A stretch of 63,879 nt of DNA, the filler included, from Octopus bimaculoides (Eukaryota): assembly GCF_001194135.2 (NCBI RefSeq). It is 4 parts of 4 records of this genome, joined end to end, with 100 filler letters (N's around TTAATTAATTAA, not from the genome) between each part and the next. Parts side by side here need not be neighbours in the genome. Positions count along the whole stretch, not along the records: positions 1 to 21,270 come from NC_068987.1; positions 21,371 to 49,177 come from NC_068999.1; 2 more parts are not named here. The stretch is one strand, 5' to 3'. The notes beneath the pieces are model-generated. The model had not been told where the DNA came from and did not search any database. It saw nothing but the letters and a program-made list of their open reading frames with translations. Both the position numbers and the translations under genes were made by a program. Below, in pieces: positions 13,765 through 25,720 of the stretch. Positions within the stretch are counted from its first letter, which is position 1. The number at the start of each line of letters is the position of its first letter.

Positions 13765-14103
13765 CGTCAGATTGGCGTAGTCGTGTAGGCCTGCGCCTCT
13801 GGAGCCAGCGATCTGGGTTTGAATCCCACTTGGACCGTGAGAAAAAAGAACATTCACACCTGGGTCAGTCGAGCGCCCGCCAGTGTACCCAGCTGGAAAC
13901 GGGTACTTAGTCCTTCTCAGGGCCGCAGCACGTGTCACAGCAGTGCTAGAAACCGGAGAAACCAATCCCACCTACGGCGTACTAAAACGGACAGCAGGTG
14001 GACATCCGGGAGTCATGACATAAATATGGCCCGACCCCGCTAGTGTGCCAGGAGCTAAGGGCCGGAACACTTGCCTAGACGGGGTTTTCCATCTGCTGTT
14101 ACG
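13765..14103 (+). mobile_element. GC-rich tRNA-like SINE (family D), runs into a gap
   Basis: GTCAGATTGGCGTAGTCG...GGGTTTGAATCCCACTTGGAC (A/B-box-like), then GTACCCAGCTGGAAACGGGTAC. The body is unlike the other SINEs in the window. Confidence 0.55.
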
Positions 14104-14945
14104 NNNNNNNNNNNNNNNNNNNNNNNNNNNNNNNNNNNNNNNNNNNNNNNNNNNNNNNNNNNNNNNNNNNNNNNNNNNNNNNNNNNNNNNNNNNNNNNNN
14201 NNNNNNNNNNNNNNNNNNNNNNNNNNNNNNNNNNNNNNNNNNNNNNNNNNNNNNNNNNNNNNNNNNNNNNNNNNNNNNNNNNNNNNNNNNNNNNNNNNNN
14301 NNNNNNNNNNNNNNNNNNNNNNNNNNNNNNNNNNNNNNNNNNNNNNNNNNNNNNNNNNNNNNNNNNNNNNNNNNNNNNNNNNNNNNNNNNNNNNNNNNNN
14401 NNNNNNNNNNNNNNNNNNNNNNNNNNNNNNNNNNNNNNNNNNNNNNNNNNNNNNNNNNNNNNNNNNNNNNNNNNNNNNNNNNNNNNNNNNNNNNNNNNNN
14501 NNNNNNNNNNNNNNNNNNNNNNNNNNNNNNNNNNNNNNNNNNNNNNNNNNNNNNNNNNNNNNNNNNNNNNNNNNNNNNNNNNNNNNNNNNNNNNNNNNNN
14601 NNNNNNNNNNNNNNNNNNNNNNNNNNNNNNNNNNNNNNNNNNNNNNNNNNNNNNNNNNNNNNNNNNNNNNNNNNNNNNNNNNNNNNNNNNNNNNNNNNNN
14701 NNNNNNNNNNNNNNNNNNNNNNNNNNNNNNNNNNNNNNNNNNNNNNNNNNNNNNNNNNNNNNNNNNNNNNNNNNNNNNNNNNNNNNNNNNNNNNNNNNNN
14801 NNNNNNNNNNNNNNNNNNNNNNNNNNNNNNNNNNNNNNNNNNNNNNNNNNNNNNNNNNNNNNNNNNNNNNNNNNNNNNNNNNNNNNNNNNNNNNNNNNNN
14901 NNNNNNNNNNNNNNNNNNNNNNNNNNNNNNNNNNNNNNNNNNNNN

Positions 14946-14997
<52 letters not shown>

Positions 14998-15266
14998 GAA
15001 GAGAGAATCGGTGGGAAGGCGTGAAGAGAAAGAAGATTCGATCTTAGACCTTTGTTGTGTTAGAAATCTGTGTCCCTTAATTACATGCCTCTAGCAAATT
15101 GTCGTAATGATGTCCAACAAGGGGTTTATCAATGTATATGTAATCATTTCTCTCAAGAGTGACTAAACGGTATTCATACCAATTTCTGTAAACCTATTTT
15201 AGCGAGTGTCTCTAAATGAATTTTATGCACCTATCAATTTGTCTTAACAAGGTCTAAAATACTTTA

Positions 15267-15347
<81 letters not shown>

Positions 15348-15387
15348 TAGATAGATAGATAAAATAGAAAGACAGACAGACAGATAA

Positions 15388-15419
<32 letters not shown>

Positions 15420-16392
15420 GCATCAATTTGCATTGTATTTCCATTTAAATCTCGGATGCATAATAAGAAAATTGCCTCGAACCCGTATTTAACTGGTTTC
15501 TATATTAATTATGTCTGCAACGGTGTCTATAATAACAGGTCTAAACTCTGTCTAACATTACATCTATAATTGTATATACAACAAGTTCTCTTAATAACCG
15601 TGTCTAAATGGATAAGTTAACGATGACTATAATTGCATCTCTAACAATGTCTTGCTACACACCAATTTGTATTACCTGTGTTTAAAATAGAGTGTATGAA
15701 AGGTGTCTATAACAAATTGGATTAGCGCTGTCTAAAAGAATGTATATGTTCGTATTTCTAGCAAATATGTTTCGCAGTGTATAGAACCAATGTCGATACA
15801 CGTGTCGTTAATAAATCGATTTAATATAGTGTCTAAACCTGTATTTATAATGCGTCGATAATTTTAATTAAAGTTCTCTAGGACGCTGCTAAAGCTCTAA
15901 TCTATCAATGTTAATATAACAATTATATCATCTGGCTTTCTTTTATTTTTAAACTACCCCGGGTGATTGATCACCCATCCAACATGCTTATTTATCGATA
16001 TGATCTGCTACATATACAGATTTTCACTTAAGCACTTATCGACTTCACAACGCATATTCTTTTAAATTTTAGTTAATCATTTAATTTAATCGTTATGAAC
16101 ACTGTGTTGGTTTTCATTCAAGTCATTCCAAGTTGAGACAGATCTGAGATGAAAGAGAATCCACCCATGACAACCTTGTTTTTCAGAAATTATATCTTAT
16201 TAGTGAATGTGTCCATTCGTTTTTAAGGTTTTAGTGATTTCATGTTGTTAGAAATCTTCAACTGCACCATAGAGGAGAACTTGCCTAGACAGATGTTATT
16301 AGGCAACAGACTACCATTGATTACCTGAAAACAAACACTGACAAAGGTTAATTTTGAATATAGCAAATGGATTATTGCTTATGAGCTGGTTT

Positions 16393-16478
16393 TAAGGCGG
16401 AGAGCTGCGAGAATCGTTAGTATGTCGAGGAAAATGCTCAGTGGCATTTCGCTTGTCTTTACGTTCCGAGTTCAAATT
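16393..16478 (+). mobile_element. SINE family B, head only
   Basis: GGCGGAGAGCTGCGAGAATCGTTAG...AAATGCTCAGTGGCATTTCG...GTTCCGAGTTCAAATT matches the head at 60095. Confidence 0.65.
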
Positions 16479-16514
16479 AAACTTTATTATTATTATTATT
16501 ATCATTATTGAGTG

Positions 16515-17050
16515 AGAGAGCAGGCATGTTATCAAAGTAACACCGGAGTAAAATATACGAAGCCCAGAATACTCATCATAACTACCTGTCTGATAAGGTA
16601 ACACTAGGCACATACCTCATAACCACATGTGCGCGACATGGTGATCTCTTGTTAAGATAAACAACACATGACCTTGCAAGTAGGGCACAGTTAGAATTTT
16701 ATTCAGGTCGAGTAGCCCACCCCACTTACAAGATCCCTGAATAAAGGTTGTTTAAGGATTATGAACGAAATGCTCATGTTTCCAGCGGTGAATTATCCAA
16801 ACTCCAAAGAATTCATTTTAACACATGGCTATGATGCTCCCCCACTACTTCTGCTCATGATCCGAGATGCACATATCGTCAGCCACTAAGGGACATGCTC
16901 AACTGTTTAAGGTCAAACAACTGACAAGCAAATCTGAGGTATTAAGCAGAACATTTGCTGTAGCCATCTTTTACACCAAGACAAAATAAAAATGTACAGT
17001 TTAGATGAGAAGCCATGCGAGCCACTGCCTGGTACTGCATCAGGGTATCT
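16515..17050. repeat. Interspersed repeat of unassigned class
   Basis: GC-richer, non-coding block between microsatellites that I recall as a common octopus repeat; class not determined. Confidence 0.35.
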
Positions 17051-17069
17051 ATAATAATAATCATAAAAA

Positions 17070-17700
17070 GAAGAAGAATGATGAGGAAAAGAATAAGAAG
17101 CGAATGCTATCGCAGGGTAAGGGCAATACTGAACTGTATGCAAGAAACAGCATCATTAGACATTAGCCATACCGGTCGTGACTTACAGTTTCAGTATCAT
17201 TAACTGGTCAATTACTAGAATATGTAATCTTGACAGAAAAATACGAAAACTGTTGACAATGCATAGAATACAACACCCTAAGGCAAATATAGAATGACTT
17301 TGCCTGCCAAGAAAAGAGGGCGGCCGCGAACTTTTACAACTGAAATTAACAATGAAGATCCCTATAATTGGCCTAAAAACCTACCTGAAAAACTCTGATG
17401 ACTGCATGTTAAAACTTGTCTCAAAGCATAAAAGCAAGAAAGCATCATACTCAGTAACAAAACAGGCAAAGGAATATCTAAGTCAATTCCAAATACAATA
17501 GTTTCCAGAATTAGACGTACTAGAAGCAAGCACAGAAAAAGCTAAGCGTATGACAAGCCGTGCTAAAACTACTGCCTTAGACATTCTTAAATGGCACAAA
17601 AAAAAGACTCTCAATGGCGAATACTCAAAGAGAGCTAACAATGCCGATGGTGACAAAGTCCTTACCCATCAATGGCTTAAAATCATAAACAGAAGGGTTT
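17070..17700 (+). mobile_element. R4/Dong-like LINE ORF2 fragment after the RT domain
   Basis: YRRVRAILN.EL.ARN...YSFSIINW.....LDRKIRKLLTMHRIQHPKANIE.LCLPRKEGGR, degenerate. Confidence 0.75.
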
Positions 17701-18464
17701 ATCTTAGCAGGTTTTTATAGCGCACCTTATATCTTTGTATCTCGAAGCAAGCTTGAAATATATATGTAATGTGTTTGTGTGTGTGCACATATGCACACAT
17801 ATTCATCATCTAAATGGATAGTATATGTATACATAAACACGTATAATATAAATACATATTTCTAAAAATATGTTCACATTAATTGTATTTTTCAAAATTT
17901 TGTGTTCGCCCTTTTACAGAACTTGAAGATTTCTGAATCGGAAATTCTCTGTCTTTTCAGTTCTTTTGTCACATATCAAGAAATCTTCTTCTGTAAGATG
18001 TGAAAGCGCTAAGAATTCGTGAGTTATATTGTTGGAAGGGTAATTTATATTTATTAGCAAGACTGAAAGTGATACTGCCAAAACCTAACTAGGCCAGGAC
18101 TACGCTACCATGGAATCAACGGTGCGTAAGATTACGCAGAACAAAAAGCTTTACAAAGAACAGAGGCAATGTGATGCTTTATCATCGATTTTTCCAAAGA
18201 ACAAGAAACTGAAGTACTGGAATGATCGAAATGGAAAGTTTTTTGTTAATTTAGATCGAAGATTACAAAAGAAACAATGGCTGCCAGTCTGTTTGGAAAA
18301 GGCAACAGGAAATGGAAAGGAGGTAATTAAAGTGAAGGAGAATTAAACATAGCATTTTCCCGATATTGTGGTGGGGACGATAGATTCCCACAAAAATATC
18401 TGTTATTTATCACGTTAGTGTACGTATTTATGTACATATATGATTGTATACACACGCACAAACA

Positions 18465-18524
<60 letters not shown>

Positions 18525-19064
18525 NNNNNNNNNNNNNNNNNNNNNNNNNNNNNNNNNNNNNNNNNNNNNNNNNNNNNNNNNNNNNNNNNNNNNNNNNNNN
18601 NNNNNNNNNNNNNNNNNNNNNNNNNNNNNNNNNNNNNNNNNNNNNNNNNNNNNNNNNNNNNNNNNNNNNNNNNNNNNNNNNNNNNNNNNNNNNNNNNNNN
18701 NNNNNNNNNNNNNNNNNNNNNNNNNNNNNNNNNNNNNNNNNNNNNNNNNNNNNNNNNNNNNNNNNNNNNNNNNNNNNNNNNNNNNNNNNNNNNNNNNNNN
18801 NNNNNNNNNNNNNNNNNNNNNNNNNNNNNNNNNNNNNNNNNNNNNNNNNNNNNNNNNNNNNNNNNNNNNNNNNNNNNNNNNNNNNNNNNNNNNNNNNNNN
18901 NNNNNNNNNNNNNNNNNNNNNNNNNNNNNNNNNNNNNNNNNNNNNNNNNNNNNNNNNNNNNNNNNNNNNNNNNNNNNNNNNNNNNNNNNNNNNNNNNNNN
19001 NNNNNNNNNNCTCTCTCTCTCTCTCTATTATTGTTATTATGAAATATGTATATGATATATAAAA

Positions 19065-19387
19065 AAAAGCTGGCACTCCGTCGCTTATGACGACGAGGGT
19101 TGCCGCTGAGCCGATCAACGGAACAGCAAGCTCGTGAGATTAACATATAAGTGGTTGGGCACTCCACAGGCACGAGTACCCCTTCAGCTACTTCTGCATT
19201 AGGCAGGAAGATTCAGCCTAATACAGAGTGTGATAAGCCTGGCCCCTTGAAATACAGGTACTACTTTTTTTTTTTTGCCAGATGAGTGGACTGGAGCAAC
19301 GTGGAATAAAATGTCTTGCTCAAGGACACAACGCGCCTCTCAGAATCGAACTTGCGATCCTACGATCGTGAGCCTAACAACTAAGCC
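19065..19387 (-). mobile_element. tRNA-derived SINE with a family C head and a different body
   Basis: GAGTGGACTGGAGCAACGTGGAATAAAATGTCTTGCTCAAGGACACAACGC...GAATCGAACT is shared with 63048-63383, but the 3' body differs. Confidence 0.65.
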
Positions 19388-20759
19388 ATATATATATATA
19401 TATATACACAGCTACTACTACTACTACAACTCTCTTATTAATTGCTTGCTTGTCTGTCATTGAATGCAGCCAACCTAGCGCATAATGAGAAAATACTATT
19501 TCGCGTAAATCGGACCACGGACTCCTGGGATATGGGTTGGGAGTTAGGGTATTTATGGATACCCAAAACGGTGCACAGTTGAAAAATGCATCGAAAATAA
19601 CATAACCCTGAAACAGAAGATACTCTTAATATTTCGTAGAGGACCCGTTTGTCCCCAGGTTTAAAATAATTTTTTTTCGAGTGCATTCAACGTAAATGAC
19701 CTCTAAGTCTGCCGCAAGTCACATTTTTCTGGAAAAGTAAGAGGGTGGAGGGTTGGTGGGAAGCGCGGATTTTCCCGGGAACGAAATTTTGTCACGCGGT
19801 TTTTTTTTCCTCTTTCCAGATTATTTTGCATGCTTTCGATGAATGTAACATCGAAATCACGCGTAAACGGCTGGTTCCCCAAGGATAGGGANNNNNNNNN
19901 NNNNNNNNNNNNNNNNNNNNNNNNNNNNNNNNNNNNNNNNNNNNNNNNNNNNNNNNNNNNNNNNNNNNNNNNNNNNNNNNNNNNNNNNNNNNNNNNNNNN
20001 NNNNNNNNNNNNNNNNNNNNNNNNNNNNNNNNNNNNNNNNNNNNNNNNNNNNNNNNNNNNNNNNNNNNNNNNNNNNNNNNNNNNNNNNNNNNNNNNNNNN
20101 NNNNNNNNNNNNNNNNNNNNNNNNNNNNNNNNNNNNNNNNNNNNNNNNNNNNNNNNNNNNNNNNNNNNNNNNNNTTTGAGGTGAGATACGTTGAATGCAC
20201 TCGGAAAAACCCGTGAAAAGAATATTTCATACCGAAGTACAATCGGGTTCTTTACGAAATATTTAACTAAGATCGGAACAGGCATGCGAATAGAATGGTG
20301 GATGAGACTGATAAATCAAGAGCTGAGCGTCTGGGGAAACAGAGGGAGAGTGACAGAAACAGGAGAGATCAGGAATTGGACGCTCGGAGAGAAGAGCGTC
20401 TAGCGAAACAAAAGGAAAGAGATAAAAAAGAAAGAAAAAACATGAATCGGATGCTCTTGTGAATACAAACAGAATAAAATAAGTTTCGCGTAAATCAGAC
20501 CACAGATTCCTGAGATACTCATTTTTTGTGGGGTACCTTGAACTATCAATAAAAAAAACTATTAATAAAAACGGTTGTTTGCAACATTATACCGTAATGT
20601 AAAATTATAATAGTCAACTAAACTTGACTAAGGGTGTGAATAACACCCACATAGCTAGAAATAGGAGCTAAAATGCTCCAATGCTGTTACAAAGCACATG
20701 ATATATACACTAGGCGTTATATATATATATATATATATATAGATATATATTATCTACAA

Positions 20760-20990
20760 CTTGTTTCAGTGATTTGACTGTGGCCATGTTGGGACACTGC
20801 CTTGAAAGGTTTTAGTCGAACATATCAACCCGACAATTTTTTTCTAAACCTAATACTTATTCCGTTGGTTTATTTTGCCTAACCGCTTGGGTAACAGGGA
20901 CATAAACACACCACCTTATGTTGCCAAGCGATCGGGTATGGGGGGAAAATATAGACAGCAACATACACACGCACAAACAAACACACACAC
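20760..20990 (-). mobile_element. SINE family A, 3' part
   Basis: TTGTTTCAGTGATTTGACTGTGGCCATGTTGGGACACTGCC...TTTAGTCGAAC. Confidence 0.65.
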
Positions 20991-21270
20991 AGTGTAAACA
21001 GAGTTATCGGTTATAATAACCGACTAAGGGATAAAATATCCGTATATACTATCGGTATCCGTTACCCGTATTATCCCCGGGCATTGTATTTATAGACAGC
21101 GTTTTGGCAACAGATCAAAAACGGTCGTAATATTTATCATGTCACCTATTATGTCATGATTTGTATTAAAGAATAAGCTATAAATGTGGTCCAATCGATG
21201 TGTTTGTTAATCTAAGTTTTTCTCCATTTTCTGATTATTTGTATTTGTTTATATATATTTATATATATAT

Positions 21271-21370
21271 NNNNNNNNNNNNNNNNNNNNNNNNNNNNNN
21301 NNNNNNNNNNNNNNTTAATTAATTAANNNNNNNNNNNNNNNNNNNNNNNNNNNNNNNNNNNNNNNNNNNN
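21271..21370. other. Assembly join spacer N44-TTAATTAATTAA-N44
   Basis: Identical 100-bp layout at 21271-21370, 49178-49277 and 61990-62089. Confidence 0.9.
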
Positions 21371-21437
21371 CTAAAGGAGGTGCTCCAGCATGGCCACAGT
21401 CAAATGACTGAAACAAGTAAAAGAGTAAAAGAATATA

Positions 21438-22666
21438 CAGGCATTGGACAAAATAATGGAAACACCTAGCATCATAATTTTGAAATATCAATAAAACCAT
21501 CAAATGCTTGTTTATTTTTTTATGTTTTTTGATTTATTATTATTATGTTTTGCTAAAATTGCTGTTTCGTTTTAGATATCATCAGAAAGAGGTAATTAAA
21601 ATTTATTAAAATGACAGATCTATTGAACTTTCAAAGAGGTCAAATTGTTGGTGCTTGTATGGCAGACACTAGCGTAATGAAAATAGCCAAAATGTTTGGT
21701 ATATCAAGAAGTACTGTCTAGAAAGGAATGACAGCCTTTGAAAAAGAGGGAAAAACTTCCTCGTCAGAACAAAACTCTGGAAGGAAACCAAAACTTTCAG
21801 ATAGGGACCGTCGGACTCTTACGTGAATTGTTAGAAAGGATCACAAAAGTACAGCTCCCAAAATTACTGCAGAGCTTAATGACCACCAACCCAGTTTCCA
21901 CAAAAACTGTTTGCCGGGAGCTGCACAAAGCCAGATTTCATGGCAGAGCTGCAATCAGAAAACCACCACTTTCAAAAACAAACTTTGCAAAGCATTTAGA
22001 ATGGAGTAAAAACCTACAGAATTGGTCCCTAGAGCAGTGGAAGAATGTTATTTTCTCGGACGAGTCGTCCTTTACCTTATTTCCGACCACCGGCTGAGTA
22101 TACATGTGGAGACAGCCAAAAGAAGCATTTGACCCAGACTACCTTCTTCCAACTGTTAAACATGGAGGAGGATCTGTGATGATCTGGGGTGGTGGGGCTA
22201 TATCTTGGAAATCCGCTGGTTCAATGGTTTCTCTTCATGGCAGAATTAATAGTCAAGACTATTTAAGCATTTTATCTGATCAAATTCATCTTATGCGGAA
22301 CTGTTTCCAGAGGGAAACACAATCTTTCAGGATGATAATGCACCAATTCACACAGCTAAAGTTTTTACTGAATGGCACGAGGAACAGTCTAGTGAAGTTG
22401 AACATCTTATCTGGCCACCACAGTCCCCAGATCTCAATAGTATTGAACATTTATGGTGCATTTTAGAAAAACAAGTAAGGAGTCGATATCCTCCACCATC
22501 ATCACTACAAAAACTGGAGACTGTTTTAGCTGAAGAATGGACAAAAATTCCTTTGGAAACAGTTCAAACTTTTTACGAGTCCATACCTCGCAGAATTCAA
22601 GCTGTAATTACTGTCAAAGTTGATCCTACCCCATATTAAAATAAATTTGTTTGTTCAACCCTTGTG
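21438..22666 (+). mobile_element. Tc1-like transposon with DD36E spacing; near-complete but disrupted transposase (21611-22639)
   Basis: MTDLLNFQRGQIVGA...GRKPKLSDRDRR...RKPPLS...WKNVIFSDESSF...KHGGGSVMIWG...FQDDNAPIH...WPPQSPDLNSIEHLW, with 36 residues between the second D and the E. Left TIR is TA|CAGGCATTGGACAAAATAATGGAAACACC; the right TIR is partial (TTGTTCAACCCTTGTG|TA). Confidence 0.9.
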
Positions 22667-23374
22667 TATATAAATAAACTGTTTTAAGGAAACGGTTGAC
22701 AATGACTTCAAAGTTTCAGTTTACTTGCTTAATCAGACAGTCACTAACTATGGTTTTTTCGGCTTTAGATAATCATTGGTAGGTTTTCTTTTGCGGGGGA
22801 GGAGGGGTTAAAGGAGCAATGTCATAATATCTCAGTGTGGTATAGGTAGACGAAGGATGTAATCATGTAGGAAGGTGAGAACAGGATCAGATAGGAGGGA
22901 AGTATGTGTTTGTAGGGAGTGGTTCAATAGATTTATTTAGGCTTGTTATTATTTAGGATTCAGTCAGGGATAGCAGTAAAAGTGTTGATTTTTCTGGTAT
23001 TTTAGGGTTTACAAAGTATGTATAGGTCAGACTAATTTAATTTGTTGTTGGTGTTACTGGCTTTCAATGAAGAAATTTTGGCCTGAGTATTTTGGAGAAG
23101 TTTGGATTAGACGGGAGACTATGTTGCTATAAATATTTATTACAATTTTCTTTTTTGTATCTTGTGGAACTATTTATATTATATGAATGTAGACAAATGC
23201 ATACAGGTAAATGCACATCATCCCCTATATATCAAGATGAATACATTAGAATAATGCAGTTTTCCATATAGATGTATGAACAATTTGTAAACAAATATTA
23301 ACATATGTATGCACATATGTTCATACATATGTACATGCATACATACAACCAGTTAGTATGTGTACATGACATTT

Positions 23375-23707
23375 GCTGAGACCCACCTTCGGTCATGAAT
23401 GACCATGGAATTGCACCTAGAAAGTTACCCTCTGAGGCACAAGTCTGGGCAAGGTTGTTTATGGATGACCAGCAGTTGCCCATGCATACTGGCCTCCCCT
23501 CTCCACGCCACCAGTGTTATCCAAGGGAAAGGCAAAGGCCGATACAGCTTGGCACCTGTGACGTCGCAACTCATTTCTACAGCTGAGTGAACTGGAGCAA
23601 TGTGAAATAGTCTTGCTCAAGAACACAACACACAGCCCGATCTGGGATTTGAACTCACAACCTTGCGATTGTAAGCTTGACGCTCTAACCACTGAGCCAT
23701 GCGCCTT
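23375..23707 (-). mobile_element. tRNA-derived SINE family C, full length
   Basis: Colinear with 63048-63383 from the head GGCGCATGGCTCAGTGG to the tail CATGACCGAAGG. Confidence 0.85.
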
Positions 23708-24789
23708 CACAGATGACATTTAGATAGATAAAAAGCCATAGATAGTAAGTGAATTAAAAAGATGTACATATTTTGAATGATTTTAGTTGAAAGGAAAAGG
23801 CTGTGTCCATGACATTGAACAGAACTTCCAAGTATAGATAGATTGATGCTTCAGTTGAACATTTGTATGTCAATGACTGGAGTGGGGCAAGGAGTTAAAG
23901 AACATTCTGGGGGGAAGAAACAGTTGATATAGTTGGTGGTCAGACACAGAATGAGTGATAAGATGAAAATAAGTAGGTGTGTTGGGTGGAGAGGACTTGG
24001 TGAAGGCGGCATACATCTAATCAGCTGTTAAAAATACAGGTTGTTGTAGTTACAGCAGAAAAAGCAGAGCAAAGTTTAAAATGTGTTAAAAGAAAGTCTT
24101 TCTTTGGATCTGGTCTAGGCTGAATGTGTACAATAGCAAAATTCTTCCAGATATGGGAGAAGTAGTCCTTGAGGAACTTATATATGAGTTTAATAGGTCA
24201 TCAGCAATTGTTTGGAGTGTTTAATGTCAGTGAAGAGGAAGATTAAGTCCTCAAAATATTGTTAAGGTTGGCAGAGTGTAGAAATGGTTGGTAGGTTTGT
24301 AAAACTCTCTCTGAATTGGCAAATGAGCACTTTAGCATGAAATAAAAATTTTGTAGCATAAACTAGCGTATTGCCCATGTCAGTCAATAAAAATAGATAT
24401 GTTATTTTTATAGAAGAGGATAATATTGATCGTAGGAAAAGAAATCTCTGTAATCTATGAGATCTATGAGAAACATTTTGATGGTGAATGCAATCTACAT
24501 TTGTAAATATTCATAAAGTCAATTGCAACAACTATAAACTCAACAACCTAAATTACTTGGTTCAAATTCTGTGAGAACTAATTTCGACATTATCTTTGAA
24601 ACTATTGCAAAGTAGAAATAAATAGAGCAGAGAAAATGGTAAATACATCTTGTGTCAACCATATTTGTAAATATAAAAACAGTGAATAAATATATTGATG
24701 CTACTGGTTATAGTGTGGGGCTTAATAAATTTTGTAGCTCTATGTATGTGCATGTATGTATGCTTGAGAGCATATCTAAGTATGTCTGC

Positions 24790-25075
24790 TTCTCAAAGGA
24801 AGGCCTATTTAGCCACAAATGTAGTTACAGAAATACCACTGTCTACCAATATGATATCCAACATGATCTCTCATGCACCTTGAGTAACAATGTGTGTAGG
24901 TCAGCCAGTGGATTCACGTGGCACTATAAATCCAAACATCTAGATAGTCAAGCTGCTGCAGGGAAACAAGCTTGCAGTCAATGTGGAATGACTAAGTCTC
25001 TTGCAAGCCATATGAAACTATATGAAACATCATCAGTTCTTAGGGAACCAAACATGAAGTGTCTTTTAGAATGAC
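24790..25075 (+). mobile_element. Probable LINE ORF2 C-terminal remnant with decayed C2H2-like fingers
   Basis: GRP motif, then NNVCRSASGFTWHYKSKH and CSQCGMTKSLASHMKL. No splice context seen. Confidence 0.35.
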
Positions 25076-25547
25076 ACAAATTTAAGCAGCGGTTTTACTC
25101 TGTCATGAGTCAACATCCACCATGTATGTAACCATGTATGTGTATTTATGTGTGTTTATGTATGTATGTATCTATGTGCATGTTTACATGTGTTTTTGTG
25201 TCAGCCACTTGTTTGTCCAGCCGTCTGTTTGCTTGCCTACTTGCCTGCTTCCCTTCCTCCCTCTCCATGTGCCTGTGTTGCACCCACACATACATACCTT
25301 GATGGTTATTGGTTCATATTGATGTGAATTGCAATGCAGTAAAAAAGTACTCAATACTACAAATAGAGTGAAATAACATTTATTCAGAACTGAATCTTCA
25401 TGAGGGGTACTCAGAGTTTCTCACTGACATTACTCAAAGCTGTGTTTAAATAAGGAAATCTGTGTAGTCGTTCACACACACAATTTTGGATTAAAATTAT
25501 ATACACTCACACATGGTTAATGCATATTGTACTTGCATATTATATAT

Positions 25548-25596
<49 letters not shown>

Positions 25597-25720
25597 GGTA
25601 TGTGTATGCTTATGGGTCTGTCTGTCTGTATGTATGTATATGTGTGTGTGTGTGTATATGTACATATTTATGAAGTATGTGGTTCAGTGAGTGTGAATGA
25701 TGATATGCACATGTATATAA

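Noticed and set aside
13765-13830. Possible functional tRNA gene
   Set aside because: The acceptor stem has two mismatches and it continues into a SINE-like body. All tRNA-like heads in the window are treated as SINEs.
14045-15094. Long ORFs in the track (349 aa, 317 aa and others with X runs)
   Set aside because: They are open only because they run through N gaps; the same holds at 9.4, 18.4, 19.8, 28.7, 29.2 and 54.8 kb.
21315-21326. Recurrent TTAATTAATTAA palindrome (also 49222 and 62034)
   Set aside because: Always centred in an identical N44/N44 layout; an artificial scaffolding spacer with stops in all frames, not biological.
22700-24560. G/T-skewed sequence that might be an old Penelope or LINE on the minus strand
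   Set aside because: I could not recover convincing motifs by manual translation.
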